A DNA stretch of 43,616 bases from Pseudomonadota bacterium (GTDB lineage Bacteria > Pseudomonadota > Gammaproteobacteria > Burkholderiales > Burkholderiaceae_B), in the NCBI GenBank assembly GCA_023386765.1, contig JAEWJD010000151.1, positions 1 through 43,616 on the forward strand, written 5' to 3'. Positions 1 through 9,360 of this stretch are shown here, piece after piece (position 1 is the stretch's first letter; each line of letters opens with the position of its first letter). The position numbers and the translations under genes were made by a program. Under the pieces are notes generated by a model, which was not told the origin of the DNA, did no database searches, and was given only the letters and a program-made list of their open reading frames with translations.

Positions 1-917
1 GGGTTGAGCACCTTGATCTCGCTCAGCGGCGGGCGGCGTGCCGGTACATCGCTGCGGGCAGGGATCAGCCAGGCATCGGCCACGGCGGCCTGCCCGGCTT
101 CGGACAACACATAGTTGACGAAGGCGCGCGCCTGCTCGGGTGCCTTCGCGGACTTCAGGATCATCATGGGCCGGGGTGCGATCACCGTCCCGCTGGTGGG
201 GAAGACGACCTCGATGGCCTCGCCTTTGCCCATGCTGGCATAGGCCACGTAGTCCACGGCGCCGAACACGGCCGCGCGTGCGCCCTGCAGCACCGGCGCG
301 AGCGCCTGGGCGTTGGGGCCGGAGACCGTCATGCCGTTATCGCGCAACTCGCCCAGCAGCTTCCAGAACGCATCGCCCTGCACACCCTGCAGGCCCAGCA
401 GCAGATCCAGCGATGCGCCCGAGAGCGCCGGATCGGGCATGGTCACCATCTGCCGGTAGGCCGGTTTGGCCAGATCGGCCCAGTCGGTCGGCTTGGGCGT
501 GTCGGTGTTGCGGTTCCAGACGATACCCAAGGCCGAAACACCCTGCGCCACGTAATTGGGCGTGCGCAGCGATGCCGGCACCTGCGCGGCATGGGCGCTT
601 TCATGGGCCATCAGCAGGCCGCGCGCATCCATGTCCAGCGCGGTTTCCCAGGAGGCGGAGATCAGCACGTCGGCACGTGGATTGGCGGCCTCGGCCTCCA
701 GCCGGGCCATGACCTTGCCGGTGGTGGCCTGGAACACGTCCACGCGCACGCCGGTTTCCTTGGTGAACCCTTCGGCCAGGTGCTTGATCAGGCTGCCGGG
801 ACCGGCGGTGTAGACCGTCAACGTACGCGGCTCGGCGGAGCTGGCGCTGCCCGCAGCGCCCAGAGTCAATGCCATAAGAACAGCCATCAAGGGCTTGTGT
901 GAAAACGGGGTGATCAT
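1..917 (-). CDS. ABC transporter substrate-binding protein, AfuA/FbpA (Fe3+/sugar-phosphate/polyamine-type) family; 3' end lies outside the window
   Basis: Not in the ORF track; I translated it by hand from ATG at 917: MITPFSHKPLMAVLMALTLGAAGSASSAEPRTLTVYTAGPGSLIKHLAEGFTKETGVRVDVFQATTGKVMARLEAEAANPRADV...MPDPALSGAS...FPTSGTVIAPRPMMILK. It has a signal peptide and is open to the window edge. Confidence 0.88.
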   Translation of the reverse strand, partial: MITPFSHKPLMAVLMALTLGAAGSASSAEPRTLTVYTAGPGSLIKHLAEGFTKETGVRVDVFQATTGKVMARLEAEAANPRADVLISASWETALDMDARGLLMAHESAHAAQVPASLRTPNYVAQGVSALGIVWNRNTDTPKPTDWADLAKPAYRQMVTMPDPALSGASLDLLLGLQGVQGDAFWKLLGELRDNGMTVSGPNAQALAPVLQGARAAVFGAVDYVAYASMGKGEAIEVVFPTSGTVIAPRPMMILKSAKAPEQARAFVNYVLSEAGQAAVADAWLIPARSDVPARRPPLSEIKVLN

Positions 918-932
918 TTTATGAATCTTCCA

Positions 933-1607
933 TTAAGGATTTGCGACAGCGACGATGCGGCCGGCATCCATGCGGGCAACGCAATGGGCCAAGGCATACG
1001 CTTCGTCGTGGTCATGCGTCACGTAGACGGCGGTCGTGCCCAGGCGGCGCAGCAAGGCACCGATCTCGCGGCACAGCGATTCGCGCAGCGCCCGGTCGAG
1101 GTTGGACAGCGGCTCGTCGAACAACAACAGGCTGGGCTGGGCCACTACCGCGCGCGCCAAGGCCACGCGCTGCTGCTGGCCGCCCGACAACTCGGAGGGG
1201 CGGCGCTGCTGCATGCCATCAAGCCCGACCAGTGCCAGCGCCTCGGCCACCCGCGCCTGGCGTTGGGCACGCGGCACACGCCGCATGGCCAGCGGGAACG
1301 TCACGTTCTGCGCCACGCTCATGTGTGGCCAGAGCGCGTAGTCCTGGAACACCATGCCCAGGCCCCGCGCCTCTGGCGGCGCGCAGCCGCCGGGTCCGCA
1401 AACCTCGCGCTCGCCGAACAGGATGCGGCCGTGAGCCGGACGCAGCAGGCCGGCCAGGGACTTGAGCAGGGTGCTCTTGCCGCAACCGGAGGGCCCCAGC
1501 AGCGCCAGCACCGAGCCGGCCGGCACGTCCAGATCGACCCCGGCCAGCACCGGCTGGCCCTGGTAGGCGTGCCGCAGATCGCGGACCGCGACCGAGACGC
1601 CCTGCAT
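933..1607 (-). CDS. ABC transporter ATP-binding protein (FbpC/PotA-like), short form without the C-terminal regulatory domain
   Basis: Walker [10 protein letters not shown]-loop [11 protein letters not shown], signature LSGGQQQR, Walker B LLFDEP, H-loop VTHD; 224 aa. Confidence 0.95.
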   Translation of the reverse strand: MQGVSVAVRDLRHAYQGQPVLAGVDLDVPAGSVLALLGPSGCGKSTLLKSLAGLLRPAHGRILFGEREVCGPGGCAPPEARGLGMVFQDYALWPHMSVAQNVTFPLAMRRVPRAQRQARVAEALALVGLDGMQQRRPSELSGGQQQRVALARAVVAQPSLLLFDEPLSNLDRALRESLCREIGALLRRLGTTAVYVTHDHDEAYALAHCVARMDAGRIVAVANP

Positions 1608-2725
1608 CAGAAGCGGTGGCGCATGCCCAGCGCCACGCCCATCTGGTTCTTGCCGGGCTCGACGTTGGCGCCGTACTTGCCGCCGATCACGCTCACCGAA
1701 GACCCGTTGTCGTTCATGGCATACGAGCCCATGGCGTACAGCGTGGTGCGCTTGGACAGGTCATGCTCCACGCCCAGCACCAGCAGCGAAGGTTTCTGGT
1801 CGCCGCCCGCGCCCTGCACCGCCGGGCAGGCCGCCACGTTCAGGTTGTCGCAGGTGGTGCCGTCCATGTAGTAGTAGGCCAGCGACAGATGCGTGGCCGG
1901 CGTGGCGCTATAGCGGGCACCGGCCCAGTACAGGCGGCTGACGTAGTTGCGCTGCACCAGCTTCTGCTCCAGCCAGCGATAGCCGCCATACAGCGTGACG
2001 CCGCCGAAGTCATACGACAACGCCCCCAGCACGCGATCCTCGCGGTTGCTGCTGTCGGCCGGCGCGCGCGGCGCATCGGCACGCTTGCTGTGGAACAGCA
2101 CCGCCGCATCCAGGCCTGCCTGCTGGTAGCGCAAACCCGCGCCGATCATGCGGCCGGTGTTCTTGTCGCTCCAGCTCTGTTCGTTGTTCCAGCCGAAGCT
2201 GTAGTAGGCGCCGACGCTCAAGCCGCCGAACTTATTGCCGTACTTGATGGCGTTGTCCATGCGGTCCGAGAACGCCGGATCGATGCGCTTGCCGCCGTAG
2301 GTCGCGTTCTGCAGCGGAGTGAACTTGCTCATCCAGTCGATCATGAGCGTGTTCTGGCGTCCCAGGGTCAGCGTGCCCAGGCTGCGGTCGGACAGGCCCA
2401 CATAGGCCTGACGCCCGAACAGGCGCGTGCCTTGCAGCTCCTTGCCATTGCCCGGGTCGAACCCGCCTTCAAGCGTGAATACGGCTTTCAGGCCGTTGCC
2501 CAGGTCTTCGTTGCCGCGCAGGCCCCAGCGTGAGCCGTTGAGGTTGCCGGAGGCCATGCCCAGGCGGCTGCCGCCCTTGGGGCCGTGGTTCAGCACCTGG
2601 ACGCCCGCATCGATCAGGCCATAGAGTTGTACGGTGTCGGCAGCACTGGCCGCCGGGGTCCAGGCCAGGGAAATGAGCGGCAGGTAGGCGCCTGCGGCCA
2701 TACGGCGCATAGGAAGGGTCTTCAT
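1607..2725 (-). CDS. Gram-negative trimeric porin (Burkholderiales/Neisseria type)
   Basis: Signal peptide, VQLYGLIDAG, SRWGLRGNEDLGNGLKAVFTLEGGF, LFGRQAYVGL, LSKRTTLY, C-terminal GMRHRF. Its stop overlaps the ATPase start (TGATG). Confidence 0.95.
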   Translation of the reverse strand: MKTLPMRRMAAGAYLPLISLAWTPAASAADTVQLYGLIDAGVQVLNHGPKGGSRLGMASGNLNGSRWGLRGNEDLGNGLKAVFTLEGGFDPGNGKELQGTRLFGRQAYVGLSDRSLGTLTLGRQNTLMIDWMSKFTPLQNATYGGKRIDPAFSDRMDNAIKYGNKFGGLSVGAYYSFGWNNEQSWSDKNTGRMIGAGLRYQQAGLDAAVLFHSKRADAPRAPADSSNREDRVLGALSYDFGGVTLYGGYRWLEQKLVQRNYVSRLYWAGARYSATPATHLSLAYYYMDGTTCDNLNVAACPAVQGAGGDQKPSLLVLGVEHDLSKRTTLYAMGSYAMNDNGSSVSVIGGKYGANVEPGKNQMGVALGMRHRF

Positions 2726-2762
2726 CGTGGTAGGTCCTCTTTGGGATTCAATCTGAGCGCTC

Positions 2763-2796
2763 AGTCTAGGTAGCGACTGCTACAGAGACATGACGT
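2763..2796 (-). promoter_or_regulatory. Putative Pho-box-like promoter of the porin-ABC operon
   Basis: The minus strand reads ACGTCAT-GTCT-CTGTAGC (2796-2779), a degenerate match to CTGTCAT-N4-CTGTCAY, then exactly 10 nt, then TAGACT (2768-2763) as a -10-like hexamer. Confidence 0.45.
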
Positions 2797-2994
2797 TGCT
2801 GGCGCACGACGCAGCCTCTTCTGGCCACCCGCCATCCCGAGGCATTGCGCCCGGGCGGCGGCGCCCCCGGCCGCTGGCCGACCGGCCCCCCCACCGCTGG
2901 CCCGATGTCCGCCCATCGTGCTGCGAGGCCCGCGCTGCGGGCCTTTCCGCCTGGCCGCTCCCCAGGAAAACCCCGAGTCCGCCAGGCGCGATTT

Positions 2995-3037
2995 TGTATC
3001 GCAGGATACATCGCGCCCTGCCCGCCCCTGCCAGACT
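2995..3037 (+). promoter_or_regulatory. Crp/Fnr-family (NtcA-like GTA-N8-TAC) operator plus -10-like hexamer, upstream of the ABC-amidase operon
   Basis: TGTATC-GCAG-GATACA at 2995-3010; CAGACT at 3032-3037, 22 nt after the TAC. The same architecture recurs at 9267-9309. Confidence 0.75.
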
Positions 3038-3118
3038 ACTTCCACACTCGCCGCCCAGGTTCCGTTCACGCGTTCGCAAGCCGGCCTTCAGGCGACATCC
3101 CCCCTCCAGGAGCTACCG

Positions 3119-4303
3119 ATGAGCAGATTCAAACCCATGCTGGCCGGCCTTGCCTGCGCCAGCCTGATGCTGGCCCTTCCCGCCCAGGCCGACGAACGGC
3201 CGGAGTTACGCATAGGCGTCGTCAGTTCGGTCACCGGCGGCGCTTCGGCGATCGCCTCCGGCGCCGTGTCCGCGATCAATCTGCTCGAGGCCAGCACGGC
3301 CGCCGACGCCAGCCTGCCGTTCCGGGTCAGCTTCATCAAGTATGACGACGGCTCGGACCCCGCCCGCGCGGTCAACGCCACCCGCAAACTCATCCAGGAA
3401 GATCGGGTGCACCTGGTGATCTGCTGCACCACCACGCCCGCCTCGCTGGCCGTCAACAAAGTCATCGAGGAAGAGCGCGTTCCGAACCTCTCGCTGGCAG
3501 CCGCCGCGTCGGTGATCGAGCCTGCGCATGCCCACCGCTTCACCTTCAAGACCCCGCTGACCGACCGTTTGATGATCAATCACACGCTCGATTACATGGT
3601 CAAGCAGGGCTACAAGAAGGTCGCGTTCATGGGGCTGGAGGACTCCTATGGCGAAGGCGGCTGGGTCGAGTTCGAGCAACTTGCGAAAAAGAAAGGGCTG
3701 GAAGTGATCGCGGCCGAACGTTTCTCGCGCGGCGACACCAACTTCACGCCCCAGGCGCTGCGCGTCTCGCAGAAAAAACCTGACGCGGTGTATTTCCATG
3801 CCATCCCGCCGTCTTCCGCGCTGGCCCACGAAACGCTGCGCCGCGTCGGCTACAAAGGCCCGATCCTGCATGGCGCCGGTTCGCCCACCCCGGCCTTCCT
3901 GAGCGTGGGCAAGAAGGCCGTCGAAGGCGCGATCGTGGGTACGGCAGCCCTGACCGTCTATCGCCAATTGCCAGAGAGCCATCCGCTCAAACCGGTCATC
4001 GCCGATTTCGTCAAAACCTATGAAGACCGGTATGGCGCCGGCCGGGCCGACCTGTTCGCCGCCCAGGCCTACGACACCGTGCAGATACCACTGCTGGCCT
4101 ACCGCAAGGTCGTGGCCGACGGCAAGGCCGGCGACCTGCAGACCGCCCGCCTGGCACTGCGCGACGCCATCGAATCGACCCAGGAGTACCGCGGCGTGAA
4201 CGGCTTTTTCAATTACAGCCCCGATGATCACCTGGGCCTGGATGGACGCAGTACGTTCCTGGTGGTGGTGAAAGACGGCAAGTTCGAATTGCTGGGTGAG
4301 TAA
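3119..4303 (+). CDS. Liv/HAAT-type ABC transporter substrate-binding protein (periplasmic binding protein type 1; resembles aromatic-acid binders)
   Basis: ATG at 3119 after a CAGGAG RBS (the ORF-track start at 2918 is over-extended). Signal peptide MSRFKPMLAGLACASLMLALPAQA; motifs RIGVV, YDDGSDP, DSYGE, GVNGFFNYSPDDHLG. Confidence 0.93.
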   Translation: MSRFKPMLAGLACASLMLALPAQADERPELRIGVVSSVTGGASAIASGAVSAINLLEASTAADASLPFRVSFIKYDDGSDPARAVNATRKLIQEDRVHLVICCTTTPASLAVNKVIEEERVPNLSLAAAASVIEPAHAHRFTFKTPLTDRLMINHTLDYMVKQGYKKVAFMGLEDSYGEGGWVEFEQLAKKKGLEVIAAERFSRGDTNFTPQALRVSQKKPDAVYFHAIPPSSALAHETLRRVGYKGPILHGAGSPTPAFLSVGKKAVEGAIVGTAALTVYRQLPESHPLKPVIADFVKTYEDRYGAGRADLFAAQAYDTVQIPLLAYRKVVADGKAGDLQTARLALRDAIESTQEYRGVNGFFNYSPDDHLGLDGRSTFLVVVKDGKFELLGE

Positions 4304-4305
4304 GG

Positions 4306-5334
4306 ATGGACCTGACTACCACCTTGTTTCTGCTGACGGACGGCCTCACCAATGGTGCCGTCTACACGCTGGTTGGCCTGAGCCTGGTCCTGGTCTACAC
4401 GACCACCCGCGTGGTCAACATTGCGCAAGGCGAGTACGTAACCTTCGGCGCGCTGACCCTGGCCAGCTTCGTCGAAGGTTCGCTGGCGCCGGTCGTGTAT
4501 GTCGTCGGCGCCGGTGGCGCCGTCTGCCTCTTGCTCGACCTGCGCCAGGCTCGCGCCAGCCGCCGCTCGATGCTGCGCCCGCTGCTGAGCTATGGCGCGG
4601 CGGCGGCGGCCCTGGCCCTGTTGACCACGCTGGCCTGGCGCGTTCCGTCGCTGGCGCTGCAGATGCTGGCAGCCCTGGCGCTGGTCAGCGCGCTGGGCCC
4701 GATCGTGTACCGCCTGACCGTCGAACCCAACCCGGCCAACTCGACTGTCGTGCTGGTCATCATCGGCGTGGGCGTGTCGATGATCATGCATCCGCTGGCG
4801 CTGTTGCTGTGGGGTGCGGACCCGCGCCCCATCCCTCCGATCAGCGAAGCCCGCTACGCGCTGGGGGGGGCCGACATCGCGGCTCAGTCGCTGTTCATCA
4901 TGGCCTTCTCCTTGCTTGCCGCCCTGGCCTTGTACGCCTTCTTCCATTTCACGCTGACCGGCAAAGCCCTGCGCGCGGCCTCCGTCAACCGGGAGGGTGC
5001 GCAGTACTGCGGCATACCGGTAGTGATGGCAGGACGGCTGAGCTACTTCCTGGCGGCCGGGCTGTCCGGTGCCAGCGGCATGCTGCTGGCACCGCTGGTG
5101 ACCGCGCATTACGAGTTGGGTTTCGTGGTCGGTCTCAAGGGATTCGTCGGCGCCGCCATGGGCGGCCTGGTGAACTACCCCTTATCCGTGGCGGGGGTTT
5201 TCATCGTTGGCGTGCTGGAGTCTTTCGCTTCGTTCCTGAGCAGCTCCTACCGCGATGCCCTGGTCTTCGCGATGGTGATTCCCATCCTGCTATGGCGCAA
5301 CCGCCGCGCCGGCAACGATCTCGATGAGCACTGA
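4306..5334 (+). CDS. Branched-chain amino acid-type ABC permease (LivH-like)
   Basis: Highly hydrophobic; DGLTNGAVYTLVGLSLVLVY, VNIAQGE, TGKALRA, LKGFVGAAMGG. Confidence 0.95.
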   Translation: MDLTTTLFLLTDGLTNGAVYTLVGLSLVLVYTTTRVVNIAQGEYVTFGALTLASFVEGSLAPVVYVVGAGGAVCLLLDLRQARASRRSMLRPLLSYGAAAAALALLTTLAWRVPSLALQMLAALALVSALGPIVYRLTVEPNPANSTVVLVIIGVGVSMIMHPLALLLWGADPRPIPPISEARYALGGADIAAQSLFIMAFSLLAALALYAFFHFTLTGKALRAASVNREGAQYCGIPVVMAGRLSYFLAAGLSGASGMLLAPLVTAHYELGFVVGLKGFVGAAMGGLVNYPLSVAGVFIVGVLESFASFLSSSYRDALVFAMVIPILLWRNRRAGNDLDEH

Positions 5335-7117
5335 AGGGGCGCGAACCGCTCCGGTAGACATGCTGATGAAACCTGAAAAACTGATCTTCCCCGGCGCGGC
5401 GATCGTGGTCGCCGCCCTGATCGGGCTGCTGCCCACCTACTACGTCGGGCTGCTCACCCTTGCCGGCACCAACGCCCTGGTGTGCATCGGGCTGGCCTTC
5501 CTGCTGGCAGCCGGCCAGCTATCGCTGGGCCATGCTGCCTTCCTGGGTGGCGGCGCCTATGCATCGGCCATCCTCGCGCGCGACTATGGCATCGCGCCGC
5601 TGCTGGCCATCGTCATCGCGGTGGCCGGCTGCGCGGTGGTGGCCTACTTCATCGGCCGCCTGACCTTGCGTCTGCGCGGTCACTACCTGCCGCTGGCCAC
5701 GCTGGCCTGGGGCATCGCGGTCTATGTCTGCTTCGTGGCCGCGAACGGACTGACCGGTGGCGCATCCGGCTTCTCCGACATTCCCCCGCTGGGCCTGTTC
5801 GGCATCGAGTTCGATACCCGCGCCATGGGCGCGCTGGCCTGGATCGCCGTGGGCCTGGTGTTTCTTGCCTACTGCCGCATCTATCGCGGCCGCATCGGAC
5901 GCGCCGCACGCGCCATCAAGGCCAGCCCGACCATGGCGGCGGCCTTCGGCGTGGACGTGGCCGCCACCAAGATCCACATCTTCGTGCTGTCGGCCGCCCT
6001 GGCCGCCATGGCTGGCGGCCTGTACGCCTACTACATGAGCTTTCTGAGCCCGACCTCGTTTTCCATCGGCGTCTCGTTCAACCTGCTCATCATGGTGGTG
6101 CTGGGCGGCTACCTGCATCCGCTGGGCGCGTTGCTGGGGGTGCTGGCCTTCACCCTCATCGAACTGGGTGCGCAGTACCTGATCGCCAACCTGCTGGGTA
6201 TTCCCGGGCAGATGGAGACCATGCTGTTCGGTTTCATCCTGATCGTCGCTCTGCTGCGCTGGCCCCAGGGCCTGCTGACCTGGGTACGGCTTGCTCCGGC
6301 CCGCCGCAGCGACCCCGGTGCATCCCCGCCCGCGCCGCCCGCACGGACGGCCGCCCCGGCCGGCGAAGGCCTGCGCGTGCAGGACATCCACAAGCGGTTC
6401 GGCGGCCTGCACGCCCTGAAGGGCGTCTCGCTCGCCGTGCAGCCGGGCCGCATTACCGGCCTGATCGGCCCCAACGGCGCGGGCAAGTCCACCCTGTTCA
6501 ACGTGATGACCGCCGTGCTGGCCGCCAGCGACGGGCGCATCACCCTCGATGGCCAGGGTCTGCCGACCCGCCCGCACCAGATCATCCGGCGGGGCGTGGC
6601 ACGCAGCTTCCAGCACGTGCAACTGGTCCCGGAGCTGACCGTGCTCGACAACGTCCTGATCGGCGGCCATATCCACGGCAAGGCCGGGCTGCTGAGCGCT
6701 GCCCTGGGGCTGGACCGGCAGGAGGAGCGGGCCCTGGCCGCCAAGGCCCACCAGGCCCTGGAGCGGGTTGGCCTGGGCGCGCAAGCCATGCAGCCGGTCG
6801 CCAGCCTCACCCTGGGCAGCCAACGCCTGGTCGAGGTGGCGCGCGCGCTGATGGCCGATCCGGTGGTGCTGCTGCTCGACGAGCCTGCCGCCGGCCTGCG
6901 CGGGCCGGAAAAGGCCATCCTGGTTGCGCTGATGCGCTCGCTGCGCGATGAACAGAACATGGCCATCCTGCTGGTCGAACACGATATGGAACTGGTGATG
7001 GGCTGCGTGGACTACCTTTTTGTCCTGAATTACGGCGGCCTGCTGGCCGAAGGCGACCGGCAAGCCATCCAGAACAATCCGGCCGTGATCGCGGCCTACC
7101 TGGGGGCCGAGGCATGA
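5324..7117 (+). CDS. Fused ABC permease/ATPase (LivM-LivG-like)
   Basis: N-terminal membrane domain (GQLSLGHAAF, LRGHYLPLATL), Pro-rich linker, C-terminal ATPase (GPNGAGKS, LLLDEPAAG, VEHDM). Alternative start at 5360. Confidence 0.95.
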   Translation: MSTEGARTAPVDMLMKPEKLIFPGAAIVVAALIGLLPTYYVGLLTLAGTNALVCIGLAFLLAAGQLSLGHAAFLGGGAYASAILARDYGIAPLLAIVIAVAGCAVVAYFIGRLTLRLRGHYLPLATLAWGIAVYVCFVAANGLTGGASGFSDIPPLGLFGIEFDTRAMGALAWIAVGLVFLAYCRIYRGRIGRAARAIKASPTMAAAFGVDVAATKIHIFVLSAALAAMAGGLYAYYMSFLSPTSFSIGVSFNLLIMVVLGGYLHPLGALLGVLAFTLIELGAQYLIANLLGIPGQMETMLFGFILIVALLRWPQGLLTWVRLAPARRSDPGASPPAPPARTAAPAGEGLRVQDIHKRFGGLHALKGVSLAVQPGRITGLIGPNGAGKSTLFNVMTAVLAASDGRITLDGQGLPTRPHQIIRRGVARSFQHVQLVPELTVLDNVLIGGHIHGKAGLLSAALGLDRQEERALAAKAHQALERVGLGAQAMQPVASLTLGSQRLVEVARALMADPVVLLLDEPAAGLRGPEKAILVALMRSLRDEQNMAILLVEHDMELVMGCVDYLFVLNYGGLLAEGDRQAIQNNPAVIAAYLGAEA

Positions 7118-7866
7118 ACGCGATAGAAGTCAGAGAGCTGGTCGTCAGTTATGGCCAGGTCGACGCCGTGAATCAGGTCAGCTTCGACGTGCCCCAGGGG
7201 CGGCTGATTTCGCTCATCGGCGCCAACGGGGCTGGCAAGACCACCTTGCTTAAGGCCTTGATGGGCGCCCTCCCGGCCCGCGCCGGCCAGGTCCTGCTGC
7301 ACGGCCAGGAGCTGGGCACCACCCCGGTGGAGGAGCGGGTGCGCCGCGGCATGTGCCTGGTCCCGGAGAAGCGCTCGCTGTTTGCTTCCATGCGGGTCGA
7401 GGACAACCTGCGCCTGGGCGCCTACGCCTTTCGCCGGCGCACCGATTTCAAGCGCGAGCTGGAGCGTATCTACGCCCTCTTCCCGGTGCTGGCCCAGCGC
7501 CGCGATCAGTTGGCCGGCACCCTCTCCGGCGGCGAGCAGCAGATGGTGGCGATCGGCCGCGCGCTCATCGCCCATCCCAAGGTGCTGCTGCTCGATGAGC
7601 CCTCCATCGGCCTGGCCCCCCTCATCGTGCAGCAGATCATGGATGTGGTCGTCGATCTTCGGCAGCGGGAAGACCTGACCGTCATCCTGGTCGAGCAGAA
7701 CGCCCGCATCGCCCTCAAGAGCGCCGATATGGCTTACCTGATCGAGCTGGGGCGCATCGTCAAGTCGGGCAGCGGCGACGCCCTGTCGCAAGACCCCGAC
7801 CTGCTGGCCAGCTATCTCGGCAGCCGCGCCGAGCGCGCAAGCCCGATAGACCCACAAGGAACCTGA
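7114..7866 (+). CDS. ABC transporter ATP-binding protein (LivF-like)
   Basis: GANGAGKT, LSGGEQQM, LLLDEPSIGLAP, VEQN; ATGA overlap with the upstream gene. Confidence 0.96.
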   Translation: MNAIEVRELVVSYGQVDAVNQVSFDVPQGRLISLIGANGAGKTTLLKALMGALPARAGQVLLHGQELGTTPVEERVRRGMCLVPEKRSLFASMRVEDNLRLGAYAFRRRTDFKRELERIYALFPVLAQRRDQLAGTLSGGEQQMVAIGRALIAHPKVLLLDEPSIGLAPLIVQQIMDVVVDLRQREDLTVILVEQNARIALKSADMAYLIELGRIVKSGSGDALSQDPDLLASYLGSRAERASPIDPQGT

Positions 7867-7868
7867 CC

Positions 7869-9257
7869 ATGTTGCATCAACTTCCCCTGTCGCAACTGCG
7901 CGAACAATACCGCCTGGGTGCACTCTCTCCGGTGGACGTGACCCGCAGCGCGCTGGACCATGCCCAGCAGGCGGATCCCGCGCTCAATGCCTTTGCCTTG
8001 CTCGATCCGGAACGCGCCCTGATGCAGGCCAGCCAGGCCGAGGCCCGCTGGCGCCACGGCACCCCCGCCAGCGCCATGGACGGATTGCCCATCGCCATCA
8101 AGGAGTTCGCCGCAGTGCAAGGCTGGCCGACCCGACGCGGCTCGGCCGTGACACCGCAGCAACCCGCGCTGGCCCATACCCCCTTCGTGGAACGCCTGGT
8201 GCAGGCCGGCGCGGTGTTGCTGGGCAAGACACGGGCGCCCGAATTCAACTGGAAGGGCGTGACCGACAGTCCCGCCTACGGCATCACCCGCAACCCCTGG
8301 AATCTGGCGCTGACGCCCGGCGGCAGCAGCGGCGGATGCGCTGCGGCCGTCGCCGCCGGCATCGTGCGGCTGTCCATGGGCAGCGACGCGGGCGGCTCGA
8401 TCCGGATTCCCGCCGCGTTCACCGGCACGATCGGCCTCAAGCCCACCCACGGCCGCATTCCCCTCTCCCCGCTGCCCAGCGCCTTCGCCAATATCGTCCA
8501 TACCGGCCCGATCGCCGCCGGCATGGACGAACTGGCCCAGGCCTACCTGAACGCCAGCGGCCCCTCGCCGCTGGACTGGAGCTCCCAACTGGGTAGCGTC
8601 GCCAGTCTCGACCGAACGCCGCCGGTGACGGCGCTACGCATCGGCTTGCTGGCCCCGCAGCGCTGGCGCGCGCATTGCGACGCCGCCGTGAACGCCGCCA
8701 TGGACCAGGTCATCGCCGCCCTGCATGGCGCCGGTCTGCCCATCAGGGAGGTGGATTTCGATATCGAAGCCGCCTCGGCGGTCGGCCAGGACCTGTATCG
8801 CCTGGGTTGCCTGGCCGCCGTGCGCGCCGTCGACACGGCTCGCCATGCGGAACTCGACCCTGCCTTGCTGGACTTCGTGGCGCCCGCCGAAGCCTGGACG
8901 GTCTCGCGCTTTCACGAGGTGTGTCAGCGGCGCGATCTGTATGCCAATCAATTGGCCGCCCTGTTCGAGCACGTCGACCTGCTGCTGCTGCCGACGCTGC
9001 CGCTATGCGCCTTCGAGGCCGGGCGCAACCTGCCCGCCGGCCATCCCGGAGACGACTGGATGTCCTGGAACCCTTTCACGCCTGCATTCAACAGCGCCCA
9101 GACCCCGGCCCTGTCGTATCCCATCTGGCCTGACGCCAGCCCCTTGCCGGCCGGCGTGCAGTGGGTCGCCCCCAGGCACCAGGAGGCCAGCCTGTTCGCG
9201 ATCGGACGTTGGCTGGAAGCCCGCTTTCCGGTGCGCATCGCCCCGCCGCGCGCTTGA
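7869..9257 (+). CDS. Amidase, amidase-signature (Ser-cisSer-Lys) family
   Basis: GLPIAIK (catalytic Lys), GKT..PEF, TRNPWN, TPGGSSGG, GSDAGGSIRIPAA, GLKPT.GR. Confidence 0.95.
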   Translation: MLHQLPLSQLREQYRLGALSPVDVTRSALDHAQQADPALNAFALLDPERALMQASQAEARWRHGTPASAMDGLPIAIKEFAAVQGWPTRRGSAVTPQQPALAHTPFVERLVQAGAVLLGKTRAPEFNWKGVTDSPAYGITRNPWNLALTPGGSSGGCAAAVAAGIVRLSMGSDAGGSIRIPAAFTGTIGLKPTHGRIPLSPLPSAFANIVHTGPIAAGMDELAQAYLNASGPSPLDWSSQLGSVASLDRTPPVTALRIGLLAPQRWRAHCDAAVNAAMDQVIAALHGAGLPIREVDFDIEAASAVGQDLYRLGCLAAVRAVDTARHAELDPALLDFVAPAEAWTVSRFHEVCQRRDLYANQLAALFEHVDLLLLPTLPLCAFEAGRNLPAGHPGDDWMSWNPFTPAFNSAQTPALSYPIWPDASPLPAGVQWVAPRHQEASLFAIGRWLEARFPVRIAPPRA

Positions 9258-9266
9258 GCGCGCGCC

Positions 9267-9309
9267 TGTATCTCCGGATACAGACGCGCCGGGACGTGCC
9301 GCGCAGAAT
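9267..9309 (+). promoter_or_regulatory. Second Crp/Fnr-family (NtcA-like) operator plus -10-like hexamer, upstream of the dioxygenase-RidA-hpa genes
   Basis: TGTATC-TCCG-GATACA at 9267-9282; CAGAAT at 9304-9309, again 22 nt after the TAC. Confidence 0.75.
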
Positions 9310-9360
9310 CTCATTCATATCAACGGGCGGGCCCGACGGCCCGTCCCCAGGAGCCACCCC

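Noticed and set aside
2769..2784. Third GTA-N8-TAC-like palindrome (GGTAGC-GACT-GCTACA) upstream of the porin
   Set aside because: Its inner bases differ from the two TGTATC/GATACA sites, there is no -10 at the 22-nt spacing, and it overlaps the Pho-box-like element. It cannot be fully excluded as a weak or repressing site.
2726..2994. Possible riboswitch or sRNA in the GC-rich intergenic region (hairpin 2926-2944; palindrome CTGAGCGCTCAG 2753-2764)
   Set aside because: I recognised no conserved cobalamin, TPP, FMN or other riboswitch core. Short hairpins are expected at this GC content; an Rfam/Infernal scan would be decisive.
8725..9360. Long N-terminal extensions in the ORF track (also the starts at 2918, 12699, 12946, 20177, 24115, 28792, 34875, 38892, 43090), suggesting fusions
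   Set aside because: The extensions are low-complexity, mostly overlap neighbouring genes, and downstream starts with good RBSs or stop-start overlaps match the family N-termini.
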